A stretch of DNA of 64,000 nucleotides from the sequence record MK310183; one strand, 5' to 3'. A program made the position numbers and the translations under genes. Positions 47,049-55,659 of this stretch are shown one piece after another. Numbering within the stretch: position 1 is the stretch's first letter; every line of letters begins with the position of its first letter. Below the pieces are notes generated by a model. That model did no database searches. It was not told the origin of the DNA and saw only the letters and a program-made list of their open reading frames with translations. Source of the stretch: Phage NC-B.

Positions 47049-47991
47049 TGTAATACTCCACGAGTTCATCAAAAAGGGAAACAACACGAGCACCAGCTTC
47101 TTCTGGTGTCATTGAGGAAGGTACTGCTTGCATCAGACGTTCGATAAAACTTCGAACAGTAATTCTGTCCATACGCTGATCTAATACTTCTCGCTTGTGA
47201 CCTGCACAAGTTGACCAGAGACGTAACCACTCACTCATACTCTCATAATGGTCAGGGTCTTGGTCACGACGACGTGCCATACGACGGAGAACTCCATCAT
47301 TATGGTTTCGTACATAACCATCTCGGTTGTCATCAACACCGAATACATTCTGAACCCATACGTTTTCAGAAAATTCATCAGTGGTGCAAATTAATGGCAG
47401 AAATGCAATTGCACTCATGTCGCCATCAAAATAAGTCGCTGCTGACTCATCGGTTGAGTCTACGTCATTACTATAACACCAGCGACCAAAGAAGTTACGA
47501 CTTAAACCAGCTAAGCGTAGAGCTAAACCGATTCGTTGTCGCTTAAGCAACTCTTCCTTGTCTTGTACGCCTTCCTGAAGGAACTCCATTCCATTAAAAT
47601 CACCATCCAAATAGCTACGGATGGTCATTAGTCCAGTAAACACCTTGTCTGCTGGATGGTTTCGAAGGTTCACGGCAATGGAGTTCACCGAAGTGACAGA
47701 GAACATATCTTTATAGCAAGACATTGAGTTAAAAATATCTGTTGCTTCAACTAAAGCTCTTTCGATATCTTTAGCTGGCACGCCATAAAAATTGTGAGGC
47801 CAGAAGTTAATAACTTCAATTTCTGAAGTTCTATCACGAAGGCTTGTTCGGTTACGACTTTCACCGTTAATGTCTGTAACAGAATACATGTGCATGCAGT
47901 TAAAAGTACCAAAGCAAGCTCTTCCTTTGAACACTGACTCACCGAAATCCTCTGCCGGTGTTACCGGAGCAATCGATGCGGAGATTGACAT
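47041..47991 (-). CDS. Hypothetical protein in amidoligase cluster
   Basis: AGAGG RBS, ATG; 316 aa. Confidence 0.5.
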   Translation of the reverse strand: MSISASIAPVTPAEDFGESVFKGRACFGTFNCMHMYSVTDINGESRNRTSLRDRTSEIEVINFWPHNFYGVPAKDIERALVEATDIFNSMSCYKDMFSVTSVNSIAVNLRNHPADKVFTGLMTIRSYLDGDFNGMEFLQEGVQDKEELLKRQRIGLALRLAGLSRNFFGRWCYSNDVDSTDESAATYFDGDMSAIAFLPLICTTDEFSENVWVQNVFGVDDNRDGYVRNHNDGVLRRMARRRDQDPDHYESMSEWLRLWSTCAGHKREVLDQRMDRITVRSFIERLMQAVPSSMTPEEAGARVVSLFDELVEYYND

Positions 47992-47999
47992 ATTCGCCT

Positions 48000-49217
48000 C
48001 TATTTATTAAAGAATAGTTTTTCCATAATGGTTTCCCACTCTTCTGAGGGGAGGGTTGAGAACCCGTTTCCGTGAAGCCTGTTTGTCATGCAACTAATAA
48101 TATTGTACATGTTGTAGCTTCGGGTGGATTCTGTTCCATTGTTCCAGTTATAACCGAAAACAATTTTATCGAAGGAGGTTTTATCCGTAGTTACTTCTCG
48201 GATAAACTCAACCAAGAGCGATTTCTCTGTGATGACCGCACGTTCACCATCTGGCAGATTGCAATACTGAGGAAGAAGGATTGGTAAGAACATCGAATTG
48301 TTCACTCGACAATCACGAACACCTTCACTGCGATAGATTAGGCTTGAGAAGTCTTCATCACGCAGGTGTCCTTCACCTTCAGTGTATTCACACTGTCGCC
48401 ACTTGGTCTGGCGAGGCTCAATCATTGTACTACCAACGCCTACTGTATACAGAGACGCTTGGAAAATACATGAATCGTAATCATTCCCCGTTAAAGCAAC
48501 TTGCTCGTTGCCGAACACATCCACTGAAGAGTTAATCAGTCGGCTGAATGCAAGAGAGGCTAAAGGGGACCAGCCTTTCTTATACATCTTGTTCAGCATT
48601 TCATACACAGCAGATTTTTCATCATCTGTATAGAATGTACGATTCAGCATCAGATAGAACAGAGCGCGATCAGCAGGACAACCATCAGTACAAACACCCA
48701 TGAATCCTACTTCATGCCATACCAGACATGAGTCAGAATCTTTATCCATGAATGCTTCAAAGGCTTCCATTACAGCCCTGTCAGTAACATCAGGACGGTT
48801 GTTTTCTTCTGCCCATGTTTCTACATGAGAAGGAGGACGAGGGTCTCCATTCTCCACCCCTTCGCGGAAATATTGAGTGGTAATAGGCTTTTTATCACCA
48901 TAACGTTTTACACCATAAGCGGGAAGGTGTGTACCAGAGTTCCAGATGTACTTAATTTCGGACATAGGCATCATGTTTTCGAGAACGTTCTCTTCAGCAG
49001 TGCCTTGACGAACCATCATATTTTCACTCCACACCTTAATGCGGATATTCCAGCCGTAGTTGCTGTCGTATGTGCAGTAGTAGTCAGGATCACCGTCTTC
49101 ATCTTCACCATAATCACCACCCTGATAGTAACCCGCTTTCAGGAAACCATAACAAGGAGGCCAAACAGTTACAACGTCTTCTGATTCTTTCCAGCTTTGA
49201 AGTGTTACAGGGAACAT
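48000..49217 (-). CDS. Hypothetical protein in amidoligase cluster
   Basis: ATG at 49217 with AAAGAGG RBS (track start 49316 overlaps upstream gene); 405 aa. Confidence 0.5.
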   Translation of the reverse strand: MFPVTLQSWKESEDVVTVWPPCYGFLKAGYYQGGDYGEDEDGDPDYYCTYDSNYGWNIRIKVWSENMMVRQGTAEENVLENMMPMSEIKYIWNSGTHLPAYGVKRYGDKKPITTQYFREGVENGDPRPPSHVETWAEENNRPDVTDRAVMEAFEAFMDKDSDSCLVWHEVGFMGVCTDGCPADRALFYLMLNRTFYTDDEKSAVYEMLNKMYKKGWSPLASLAFSRLINSSVDVFGNEQVALTGNDYDSCIFQASLYTVGVGSTMIEPRQTKWRQCEYTEGEGHLRDEDFSSLIYRSEGVRDCRVNNSMFLPILLPQYCNLPDGERAVITEKSLLVEFIREVTTDKTSFDKIVFGYNWNNGTESTRSYNMYNIISCMTNRLHGNGFSTLPSEEWETIMEKLFFNK

Positions 49218-49227
49218 TTTTACCTCT

Positions 49228-49590
49228 TTACTCTGATACCAGAAGGCCCAGAGATTTGCGAATGTAGTCAATACTACGGAAGTTTCGATAGTTCTCTTGG
49301 AAGCGCATCTTTTCAAACTCTGCTTCCTGAAGCTCTACCTCTGCTGCTTTATATCCCGATAAAGCTAAACTCACCACATCCTGAGGCAAGACATTACGAC
49401 GACGAATAAGATATTTATTCGCTTTTAATTTACCTTGTGCACGAGCCATTTTGGCCTTTGCCGCCTTGATTCCATGAGAAATCCAAAGCAGTTGCTGCTT
49501 CAGGTCTTCCTCGTCCATACCACCTAAATCGTTTGCTACTTTATGCAGCGTAGACAGGTTTACATGGCCTTTAATGGGGCGTAGGTTCAT
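49228..49590 (-). CDS. Hypothetical protein
   Basis: ATG start; 120 aa basic helical protein. Confidence 0.45.
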   Translation of the reverse strand: MNLRPIKGHVNLSTLHKVANDLGGMDEEDLKQQLLWISHGIKAAKAKMARAQGKLKANKYLIRRRNVLPQDVVSLALSGYKAAEVELQEAEFEKMRFQENYRNFRSIDYIRKSLGLLVSE

Positions 49591-49754
49591 AACTTCTCCT
49601 GTTTGTCACATTGATTGGTTAGCCAGTTGTAAGACCCTCTGTTATTCTTGCTTAACTCACAAGATACAAAGGAAGTCACACGGGCAAACCCCACAGTGGC
49701 TAAGCAAATAAAGATTGCTGCCAATAAGAATTTAGCTTTCAACTTATTATCCAT
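49587..49754 (-). CDS. Small secreted/membrane protein (55 aa) absent from the ORF track
   Basis: AGAAGAGG RBS; signal-like KFLLAAIFICLATVGFA; stop overlaps next start (ATGA). Confidence 0.35.
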   Translation of the reverse strand: MDNKLKAKFLLAAIFICLATVGFARVTSFVSCELSKNNRGSYNWLTNQCDKQEKL

Positions 49755-49867
49755 ACAACCTCTTCTTTGAACTTAAAAAAGGACTCTCCTAAGAGAGCCA
49801 AGCTTTAAGGCCAATTAAATAGATATCACCCAATATCTGTGGATAACCTGCTCTTAAAATATTCTAT

Positions 49868-49999
49868 CCGACGGATGTTCGAGGATTACTCCTCTCCCTA
49901 GCATCGGCCCCATACGGGTAAGATTAAATTAAGTTTAGGTTAGTTGAGCCAGAATAGCTCACATAGCCCTCTGATACTCACAAGGGCTATAGATGTTAC
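49868..49999. repeat. ~130-bp intergenic repeat element, copy A, with 8-bp-stem hairpin
   Basis: Near-identical to 55319-55439; hairpin ATAGCCCT(12 nt)AGGGCTAT at 49963-49990. Confidence 0.6.
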
Positions 50000-50247
50000 T
50001 CTGTGGCTCCGTCGAATCGGAGGATTGCTGTTGGAACAGGAATCACCACCATGTCAATCTCTAAACGGAAGAGATGACCTGTACTTAGCTGAACTGCTGT
50101 TACAGGTTTAGCGATACCCCCAACAGAAGCTGAGGGGATTCGAATAAAGAACTCCCCCGGATATTCAGTTGCACGGAATACATCTCCCGGTGTCATGTCC
50201 TTTACTTGGACAACCAATTCAGGAGGTTGTTTATTAGCAATTTGCAT
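49996..50247 (-). CDS. Hypothetical small protein, PGDVF paralog family
   Basis: 83 aa; motif VKDMTPGDVFRATEYPGEFFIR and C-terminal VIPVP. Confidence 0.45.
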   Translation of the reverse strand: MQIANKQPPELVVQVKDMTPGDVFRATEYPGEFFIRIPSASVGGIAKPVTAVQLSTGHLFRLEIDMVVIPVPTAILRFDGATE

Positions 50248-50480
50248 TACAGACCTTTCTTAGCACGATCTTTGGCAGTTTTGCCGGTGCGAATACGGTG
50301 GGAAACATTAACCAATTCGCCGCCTTCGACGATGGTTACGCTTTTGTTTTTCGCAATATCGAATACAGTCTTCTCTGTACCGCCCAGACGAATCTGTTTA
50401 GGTTCGCTGTGGGTCTGAGTTGATTTAGACCGGAACTGGAACGGCTGACGGATGGCATCAATTGCGCTAACTTTAGACAT
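50247..50480 (-). CDS. Hypothetical basic protein
   Basis: AAGGT RBS, ATG; 77 aa. Confidence 0.4.
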   Translation of the reverse strand: MSKVSAIDAIRQPFQFRSKSTQTHSEPKQIRLGGTEKTVFDIAKNKSVTIVEGGELVNVSHRIRTGKTAKDRAKKGL

Positions 50481-50507
50481 GTTTTATTACCTTACATTAA
50501 AGAGAGA

Positions 50508-50921
50508 TTAAACAACAAATTGGAACGCTTTGTATCCAAACTTGTAAGAGAAGTCGTGCTTGAATTTCACTACACGACCACGATCACGGAAAGATTTCAG
50601 ACGGCTAATAAAGCCAGCCATCGGCTCAGGGTCAATAGGGCTACGAATCTTCATAGCTACAGAGTGCAGCTTGAAGCGTTTACCAGTGCTACAGGCCATC
50701 ATCACATACTCCATACGAGTAGTCCAGATGTTGAGCACCATGCTTGTTTTCTCCGCTGACCAACCAGTCTTGCGGGCGATTTCCTTGTGGACATTAAGCT
50801 CCAAAGGAAGAGGGAATTGCTTGTTGAATGAAGCCGGATATAGCTTGACCAGAAGGTCAATGTTTTCTTTATACGTTAAATAAGCCAATTTCTTGCTTAC
50901 GTTGGGGAATTTCCCAGCCAT
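50508..50921 (-). CDS. Possible ProQ/FinO-domain RNA-binding protein
   Basis: ATG at 50921 (track start is TTG at 50936); weak resemblance to ProQ N-terminal domain. Confidence 0.3.
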   Translation of the reverse strand: MAGKFPNVSKKLAYLTYKENIDLLVKLYPASFNKQFPLPLELNVHKEIARKTGWSAEKTSMVLNIWTTRMEYVMMACSTGKRFKLHSVAMKIRSPIDPEPMAGFISRLKSFRDRGRVVKFKHDFSYKFGYKAFQFVV

Positions 50922-51120
50922 TTTTTGAAGCTCCAAAACAGCGCCGAAAAGAGAGGCGTCATAGTAGCTAAAGGGAGGAGAGAAGAGGGCTTATTTACTT
51001 GCCTTTTTCTGTCCGTTAATGTACCAGATAACTGAGCCATCAGGCTGTCGCTGACCAAAGCCTTTCAGGTTAACCATTTCTTCTTCAGAGTAGGCACGTT
51101 TTCTCACTGAGTTTCTCCTG

Positions 51121-51378
51121 TCAATAGAAGGTGTGTGTAGAGTCATCGTTCATACATAACCAAACGAAGAAGACAATCACACAGAAAGCAATAACACCGA
51201 GAATTGCAAGGATTATAGTGTTAGCTAATGTGATATCTAACACGCTTTGCAGATACATAAAGAACTGTACGACACCACATATCATTAGCACGACACCAAC
51301 AACAATGAGGAGCCAATATGTGCAGAGAAGGGCTGCATCCAATAGTGACACATATTTTGGATGATCTTTACGTTTCAT
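51121..51378 (-). CDS. Small membrane protein (2-3 TM; holin-like candidate)
   Basis: 85 aa, highly hydrophobic with charged N-terminus. Confidence 0.4.
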   Translation of the reverse strand: MKRKDHPKYVSLLDAALLCTYWLLIVVGVVLMICGVVQFFMYLQSVLDITLANTIILAILGVIAFCVIVFFVWLCMNDDSTHTFY

Positions 51379-51634
51379 TAACCTTCTCCACTAAATCCAG
51401 AGTTGCTGATTCAAATACAACACCAACTGGCATATTAGGTGCCATATTACGAACGTACCCACTTTGCATAGACACGGCTCGAGAGTATTCAGAACCGTTA
51501 GAGCTTTTGTTTACCTTCATGTAAAGGGTTTGTTCTTTATCTTCTTTAAGGGTAAAGAAAGAGCCGGGAAGAATCCCCTGAACAGTCAGAGGGATATCTG
51601 CAACATGAGTCTTATTGATAGTAAGAACTGTCAT
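51368..51634 (-). CDS. Hypothetical small protein, PGDVF-family-like
   Basis: AAGGA RBS; motif GILPGSFFTLKEDKEQTLYMKV. Confidence 0.4.
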   Translation of the reverse strand: MTVLTINKTHVADIPLTVQGILPGSFFTLKEDKEQTLYMKVNKSSNGSEYSRAVSMQSGYVRNMAPNMPVGVVFESATLDLVEKVNET

Positions 51635-51637
51635 TGC

Positions 51638-51892
51638 TTATTCCTTAATAATTGCTTCAGCTTTAATAGGAATAACAGCAACATCTTTACGAGGCGCTGT
51701 CGCTCGACCTGTGTTAAGACAGGCTACAAGTCTATGCTCGTCCGCACCCTTAATGCACAAGCGAGTTGAGAACTCGGTAGACAGTAAGATGTACAAATCA
51801 TCATCTTCACTGTTAGAGTACATGAAGCAATCCCCAAGACGCAGAGCGCTGAGTGGTATTGCGTTCTTACTGGCTGGTTTGTTAACTTTCAT
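51638..51892 (-). CDS. Hypothetical small protein, PGDVF paralog family
   Basis: ATG at 51892 with AGGTGG RBS; motif LSALRLGDCFMYSNSEDDDLYIL, C-terminal AVIPIK. Confidence 0.4.
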   Translation of the reverse strand: MKVNKPASKNAIPLSALRLGDCFMYSNSEDDDLYILLSTEFSTRLCIKGADEHRLVACLNTGRATAPRKDVAVIPIKAEAIIKE

Positions 51893-52233
51893 TTTACCAC
51901 CTTTAATTATAGACCAAATAAAAACTATCGGGGAGTGCACTAGCTCTGGGCCACGTTGTGAACATCGGCCTACCTTTCACAACTAATTAGCTAATACACT
52001 CTCCGATAGTTTATAAATAGGGGGGAGGGGACGAATCCTCCCATATCCTATTAATTAATATTGCATGTAAGACCTAACAATCCGATGCTGTAGTGGATAG
52101 CGTAAAACGCTTACCGGCATTAAACCCAGCCCATGAGGGGCTTATGTGAATAAAATGCTCAACATTGAGCGGTTAGTTGATAGGAGATCTGAAGTCCTAT
52201 CTCAAAGGACTCTCGTAAGAATCCTTCACGATA

Positions 52234-52488
52234 TTACTTAGTAATAAAGACTGTCATCTTGTCCAACACCCACCCTAACAGGAGCATGAAAGGGATGAGT
52301 AAGAGGAATAATAACAAAATAGGCCAGAAGAATATTGCTATCCAGATAGAACATTCATCAGGCTTACCACTCCACGGGTTGTGGAAGAAGTTATAGAACG
52401 TATTGGTTTTGAAGCACCACTTAACTACGATGGCTGCTAACCACCAACCAATAACATAAATCAGGAAGACATACGATGCTGTAACCAT
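52234..52488 (-). CDS. Small membrane protein (2-3 TM)
   Basis: ATG at 52488 (track start is GTG at 52500); hydrophobic. Confidence 0.4.
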   Translation of the reverse strand: MVTASYVFLIYVIGWWLAAIVVKWCFKTNTFYNFFHNPWSGKPDECSIWIAIFFWPILLLFLLLIPFMLLLGWVLDKMTVFITK

Positions 52489-52715
52489 TGACCATTCCAC
52501 TGATAGTTGCGAGTGACCACGTTTCCGTGGATAAGGAAGTGCTGTCGGCGAAGTATATCTTTAACGTTGTAATAAGCAGCGTTTCCAAGATGATCTTCTT
52601 TTACAAGCCAACGCAGGTTTTGAATATCAACCAACAACATTTTTACTTGCTGTTGGCATGAAGTCTTAGCCGCTGTTTCAAGTAAAGCTTTTGTATCAGA
52701 ATAATGACCAGACAT
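52461..52715 (-). CDS. Hypothetical protein
   Basis: AAGGAG RBS, ATG; 84 aa. Confidence 0.4.
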   Translation of the reverse strand: MSGHYSDTKALLETAAKTSCQQQVKMLLVDIQNLRWLVKEDHLGNAAYYNVKDILRRQHFLIHGNVVTRNYQWNGQWLQHRMSS

Positions 52716-52716
52716 A

Positions 52717-53043
52717 TCACCACTCCTTACCCTTTGTTGTCACAGAGCCACTACACTGTACACCACGGGAGATAAAGTCATAGCGTGACCAATCACCTTG
52801 TGTTTCCATGTCGCGTTTTGCATAAGCTTTCTCGTCAACAGCACCGCCATTAGAACAAGAAGCGCCAGCATAACGCATATCAATTTCACCGCTAGGAACC
52901 TTCTCCCCGCTATGCCAACGGGAAACACAGACACCTTCTACAGATAATGCACACCACCCATCAGGACGATGCTGTACACAGCCTGTAAGAGCTACACAGG
53001 CGATAAAGATACAGGTTAAGGTAATTACACCACCCCAGCTCAT
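52717..53043 (-). CDS. Predicted lipoprotein (possible superinfection exclusion or spanin-like)
   Basis: AGGAGG RBS; signal peptide with LTGC lipobox; Cys-rich mature region. Confidence 0.45.
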   Translation of the reverse strand: MSWGGVITLTCIFIACVALTGCVQHRPDGWCALSVEGVCVSRWHSGEKVPSGEIDMRYAGASCSNGGAVDEKAYAKRDMETQGDWSRYDFISRGVQCSGSVTTKGKEW

Positions 53044-53061
53044 GATCCCTCCTACGTTGAT

Positions 53062-53137
53062 TGGTGCACCCTACAGGACTCGAACCTGTAACCAACGACT
53101 TAGAAGGTCGCTGCTCTGTCCATTGAGCTAAGGGTGC
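53062..53137 (-). tRNA. tRNA-Arg (anticodon UCU)
   Basis: 76-nt cloverleaf on minus strand: acceptor GCACCCT/AGGGTGC, D-stem GCTC/GAGC, anticodon loop CTTCTAA, T-arm ACAGG-TTCGAGT-CCTGT, 3' CCA encoded. Confidence 0.8.
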
Positions 53138-53146
53138 TAGATTTAT

Positions 53147-53356
53147 TTAACTAAAGATACGAATGGCTACATCGTGACCAATATGACCGGGAACTTTATG
53201 CTGCTCTATTTTCAGACAGCGCTTACAGATACGAGATACACGAGACTCTTTTCTCTCGACTGGAGTGTCTTTAGCGTGAGTGATTTGAAGGTTTTCAGTG
53301 ATCACCCACTCATGTTTACACTCAGAATCTTCGGGCTTTTTCTTACGAAAGAACAT
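53147..53356 (-). CDS. Hypothetical small Cys-containing protein
   Basis: ATG at 53356 with AAGAGG RBS (track start is GTG at 53398). Confidence 0.35.
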   Translation of the reverse strand: MFFRKKKPEDSECKHEWVITENLQITHAKDTPVERKESRVSRICKRCLKIEQHKVPGHIGHDVAIRIFS

Positions 53357-53364
53357 AACACCTC

Positions 53365-53529
53365 TTAGATCAGATCTGTTTTCTTGTGCAGACCACACAC
53401 TTTACAGCGAGAGTAGATACGCAACCCTTGTCGCTCTCTGTCAGTAAGTTTATTTGTGATCGTCAGTTCATAAGTAGAAAGATCTTCCCACTCATGGAAA
53501 TGAAATAGACGTTTGAACCATTTGATCAT
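53365..53529 (-). CDS. Small putative zinc-binding protein (54 aa; tandem paralog) absent from ORF track
   Basis: AAGGA RBS; MIKWFKRLFHFHEW...CKVCG parallels 53539-53685. Confidence 0.35.
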   Translation of the reverse strand: MIKWFKRLFHFHEWEDLSTYELTITNKLTDRERQGLRIYSRCKVCGLHKKTDLI

Positions 53530-53538
53530 AATGATTCC

Positions 53539-53685
53539 TTAGATTATGTCACGACGACTAACTTCACCACACACCTTACACTGGATAACGTAACGTACGC
53601 CCCTTGCATCTCCACAGATCAGCGGACGGGTGTCGATAATCTTCCAATCATGACAATGGAAGACACGCTTTAGCCACTTAATCAT
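53539..53685 (-). CDS. Small putative zinc-binding protein (48 aa; tandem paralog) absent from ORF track
   Basis: MIKWLKRVFHCHDW...CKVCG; TAATATG coupling to upstream gene. Confidence 0.35.
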   Translation of the reverse strand: MIKWLKRVFHCHDWKIIDTRPLICGDARGVRYVIQCKVCGEVSRRDII

Positions 53686-53686
53686 A

Positions 53687-53944
53687 TTAAGCACACGCCG
53701 GTAGTTCAATTAACTGAGGAGTACGACAAGGACCACCTTCATACACACCTACCAATGTTGGCATGTAAGGCCCAGCGCACTGGTATTCATCGAACAGTTC
53801 ATTGTAAGTAGGCTTCCACTTCCAAGCCCACACATAACCCATTCGATCAATGGCAATGTAACGAGTGTTCAGCGGAACCTGCATCATCACATCACCAACT
53901 GCTATTACTTTCGTAATAACTGCTGCTCGGAAGTTTGTCTTCAT
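53687..53944 (-). CDS. Hypothetical protein
   Basis: ATGA overlap; 85 aa. Confidence 0.4.
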   Translation of the reverse strand: MKTNFRAAVITKVIAVGDVMMQVPLNTRYIAIDRMGYVWAWKWKPTYNELFDEYQCAGPYMPTLVGVYEGGPCRTPQLIELPACA

Positions 53945-54249
53945 GACTTTGCAGCCTCCATCATTTTATTCATTTTAGCCACACCTTTACAGATAAGAGG
54001 CATGAATTCATCAGCCAGTTCAGTGGATAAAAGTTCAAGTCCACCTGACTTAATACCATTCACCGCATTCTCAACGTCATCCGACAACAACATCATTGTT
54101 AACCATGGGGATTTTATTCCCACAGTAAAGCCCGGTTCGTACCGTGAGTGACTATAGGTGAAATCTAAATGGGTCACACCGGGCATTTTAGACATTTGAG
54201 CACGGATGACTACCTTAGGATTGCAGCGAGTTGAAGATGAAATTGTCAT
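53941..54249 (-). CDS. Hypothetical protein
   Basis: ATGA overlap; 102 aa. Confidence 0.4.
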   Translation of the reverse strand: MTISSSTRCNPKVVIRAQMSKMPGVTHLDFTYSHSRYEPGFTVGIKSPWLTMMLLSDDVENAVNGIKSGGLELLSTELADEFMPLICKGVAKMNKMMEAAKS

Positions 54250-54497
54250 GGCTTTTTAATCTCAATCTGAACGTTGACGACGAATACAGTATGGTTTGCA
54301 CTGTAAACTGAAGTGCCTATGATTGGCTTATCATCACTGAGGATTTCAACAGCGTGCTCAAGGTTAATCTTCAGATGAAGACGCCCTGATTCCATGAAGA
54401 AATCACCAGCACGTATCTCACCGAACTTAGCTGGCACACCGATAGAGGGTATCAGTATGTCAGTGCGACCTTTACGGTCAAATAAACGATTGAACAT
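54246..54497 (-). CDS. Hypothetical small protein, PGDVF-family-like
   Basis: AGGGG RBS; motif GEIRAGDFFMESGRLHLKI. Confidence 0.4.
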   Translation of the reverse strand: MFNRLFDRKGRTDILIPSIGVPAKFGEIRAGDFFMESGRLHLKINLEHAVEILSDDKPIIGTSVYSANHTVFVVNVQIEIKKP

Positions 54498-54506
54498 ATC
54501 AACCCC

Positions 54507-54716
54507 TTATGTAATATCAACCTCAAACCAACAGGTAAGAGCTTTTTCATTGTTGCGTTTTGGCTCAAAGGATTTAACAACCGATAATACTCGGCGCTGT
54601 TCTCCATCAAACCAGATAGTTTCATCTTTTTCAGGGAGTAGGTTGTGTGCAGCACAAACGATTTCACCTAGCACAACCTGTCTGCCATCTTGCTTACGAA
54701 CTAAACGAATGTTCAT
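54507..54716 (-). CDS. Hypothetical protein
   Basis: AGAGAGG RBS, ATG; 69 aa. Confidence 0.4.
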   Translation of the reverse strand: MNIRLVRKQDGRQVVLGEIVCAAHNLLPEKDETIWFDGEQRRVLSVVKSFEPKRNNEKALTCWFEVDIT

Positions 54717-54765
54717 AACAACCTCTCTTGTTAGTTTAAGTAAGAGTTATCCCTTAATTAAAACA

Positions 54766-54790
54766 ACAAAGGCCACCCCTAAGGGCAGCC
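54766..54790 (-). terminator. Rho-independent terminator
   Basis: Minus-strand GGCTGCCC-TTAG-GGGTGGCC hairpin followed by TTTGTTGTTTT. Confidence 0.5.
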
Positions 54791-54796
54791 TCTTAT

Positions 54797-55000
54797 TTAA
54801 GCGCAAGCACTACGCAGTTTGTTATTCAAGAAGCGATCTTCTGCATTATACAGGAATGCATAGAACAACTCTTTAGCTACATCCCGATCGCAATTGAGAC
54901 ATTTAGAGATCTGTAACAACAAACCATCACGACTATTAGGATGGTCAATTATCGCAAGACGAATAATCTCACGAATACCAATGTCATGCTCAGCCGCCAT
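54797..55000 (-). CDS. Hypothetical protein
   Basis: ATG at 55000 (track start is GTG at 55012); 67 aa. Confidence 0.35.
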   Translation of the reverse strand: MAAEHDIGIREIIRLAIIDHPNSRDGLLLQISKCLNCDRDVAKELFYAFLYNAEDRFLNNKLRSACA

Positions 55001-55130
55001 AGAACCAATCACCCTGACGTTTACGAATGTTAGTTGTCAGACGAAGCATGGCAGACTCAATCTTCAGAGCACCATTTGCTACTGCATCCATACGTTCAGG
55101 ACGGTTCATACGTTTGGTTGTCTTTTTCAT
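54990..55130 (-). CDS. Small basic ORF (46 aa) absent from ORF track
   Basis: AGAGAGAG RBS; overlaps downstream start by 11 nt. Confidence 0.25.
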   Translation of the reverse strand: MKKTTKRMNRPERMDAVANGALKIESAMLRLTTNIRKRQGDWFYGG

Positions 55131-55318
55131 AACGTTCTCTCTCTTTATTGATGGAGGCAGGATTGCCAGTTAATATAAAGGGAAGCCCTACACGTTAAGG
55201 CTTCCGCTTGTACAAACTGTCGAGAACTCTCTACCCCTAGATTGTTCTCTATCCCAAACCGATACATACCCCTACATATCGGAATGCCATTCGAAAATTA
55301 ACAGGTTTTAGTCTATCA

Positions 55319-55439
55319 CCGGATGTTTGAGACAAGTCTCTCCCTAGCGGTGAGCCATATGGCGTTGAGATTATATTTAATTGAGGAACATCCTCACATA
55401 GCCCTCTGATAAACACAAGGGCTATAAGTCGATGTTACT
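55319..55439. repeat. ~130-bp intergenic repeat element, copy B, with hairpin
   Basis: Near-identical to 49868-49999 (shared GGATGTT.GAG, TCTCCCTAGC, CCATA.GG, CTCACATAGCCCTCTGATA..CACAAGGGCTATA, GATGTTACT). Confidence 0.6.
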
Positions 55440-55659
55440 TGTTGGTTAGTCGTGCGTTAGGTACAGGTCTGACTACAGTCGATTTACACTCAGAATCACG
55501 CTTACCTGTATAAAGGTTAACAAAATAACTTTTGTTTTCACCATAACACGCAGTACGCATGTAATATTGAGTTTCGTTATAGTTAAACTGGAAGACTTCA
55601 CCCGGATTTAGATCACCGAGAGTTACAACCTCTGGTGTATTATCAATATCAATTTTCAT
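55435..55659 (-). CDS. Hypothetical small protein, PGDVF paralog family
   Basis: GGTGG RBS; motif LGDLNPGEVFQFNYNETQYYMR, C-terminal VVRPVP. Confidence 0.45.
   Translation of the reverse strand: MKIDIDNTPEVVTLGDLNPGEVFQFNYNETQYYMRTACYGENKSYFVNLYTGKRDSECKSTVVRPVPNARLTNK

Noticed and set aside
52020-52050. Possible tRNA-like or T-arm-like sequence (GGGAGG...GACGAATCCTCCC)
   Set aside because: Only a single 6-bp hairpin; no acceptor, D or anticodon arms could be built on either strand. More likely a terminator or attenuator hairpin.
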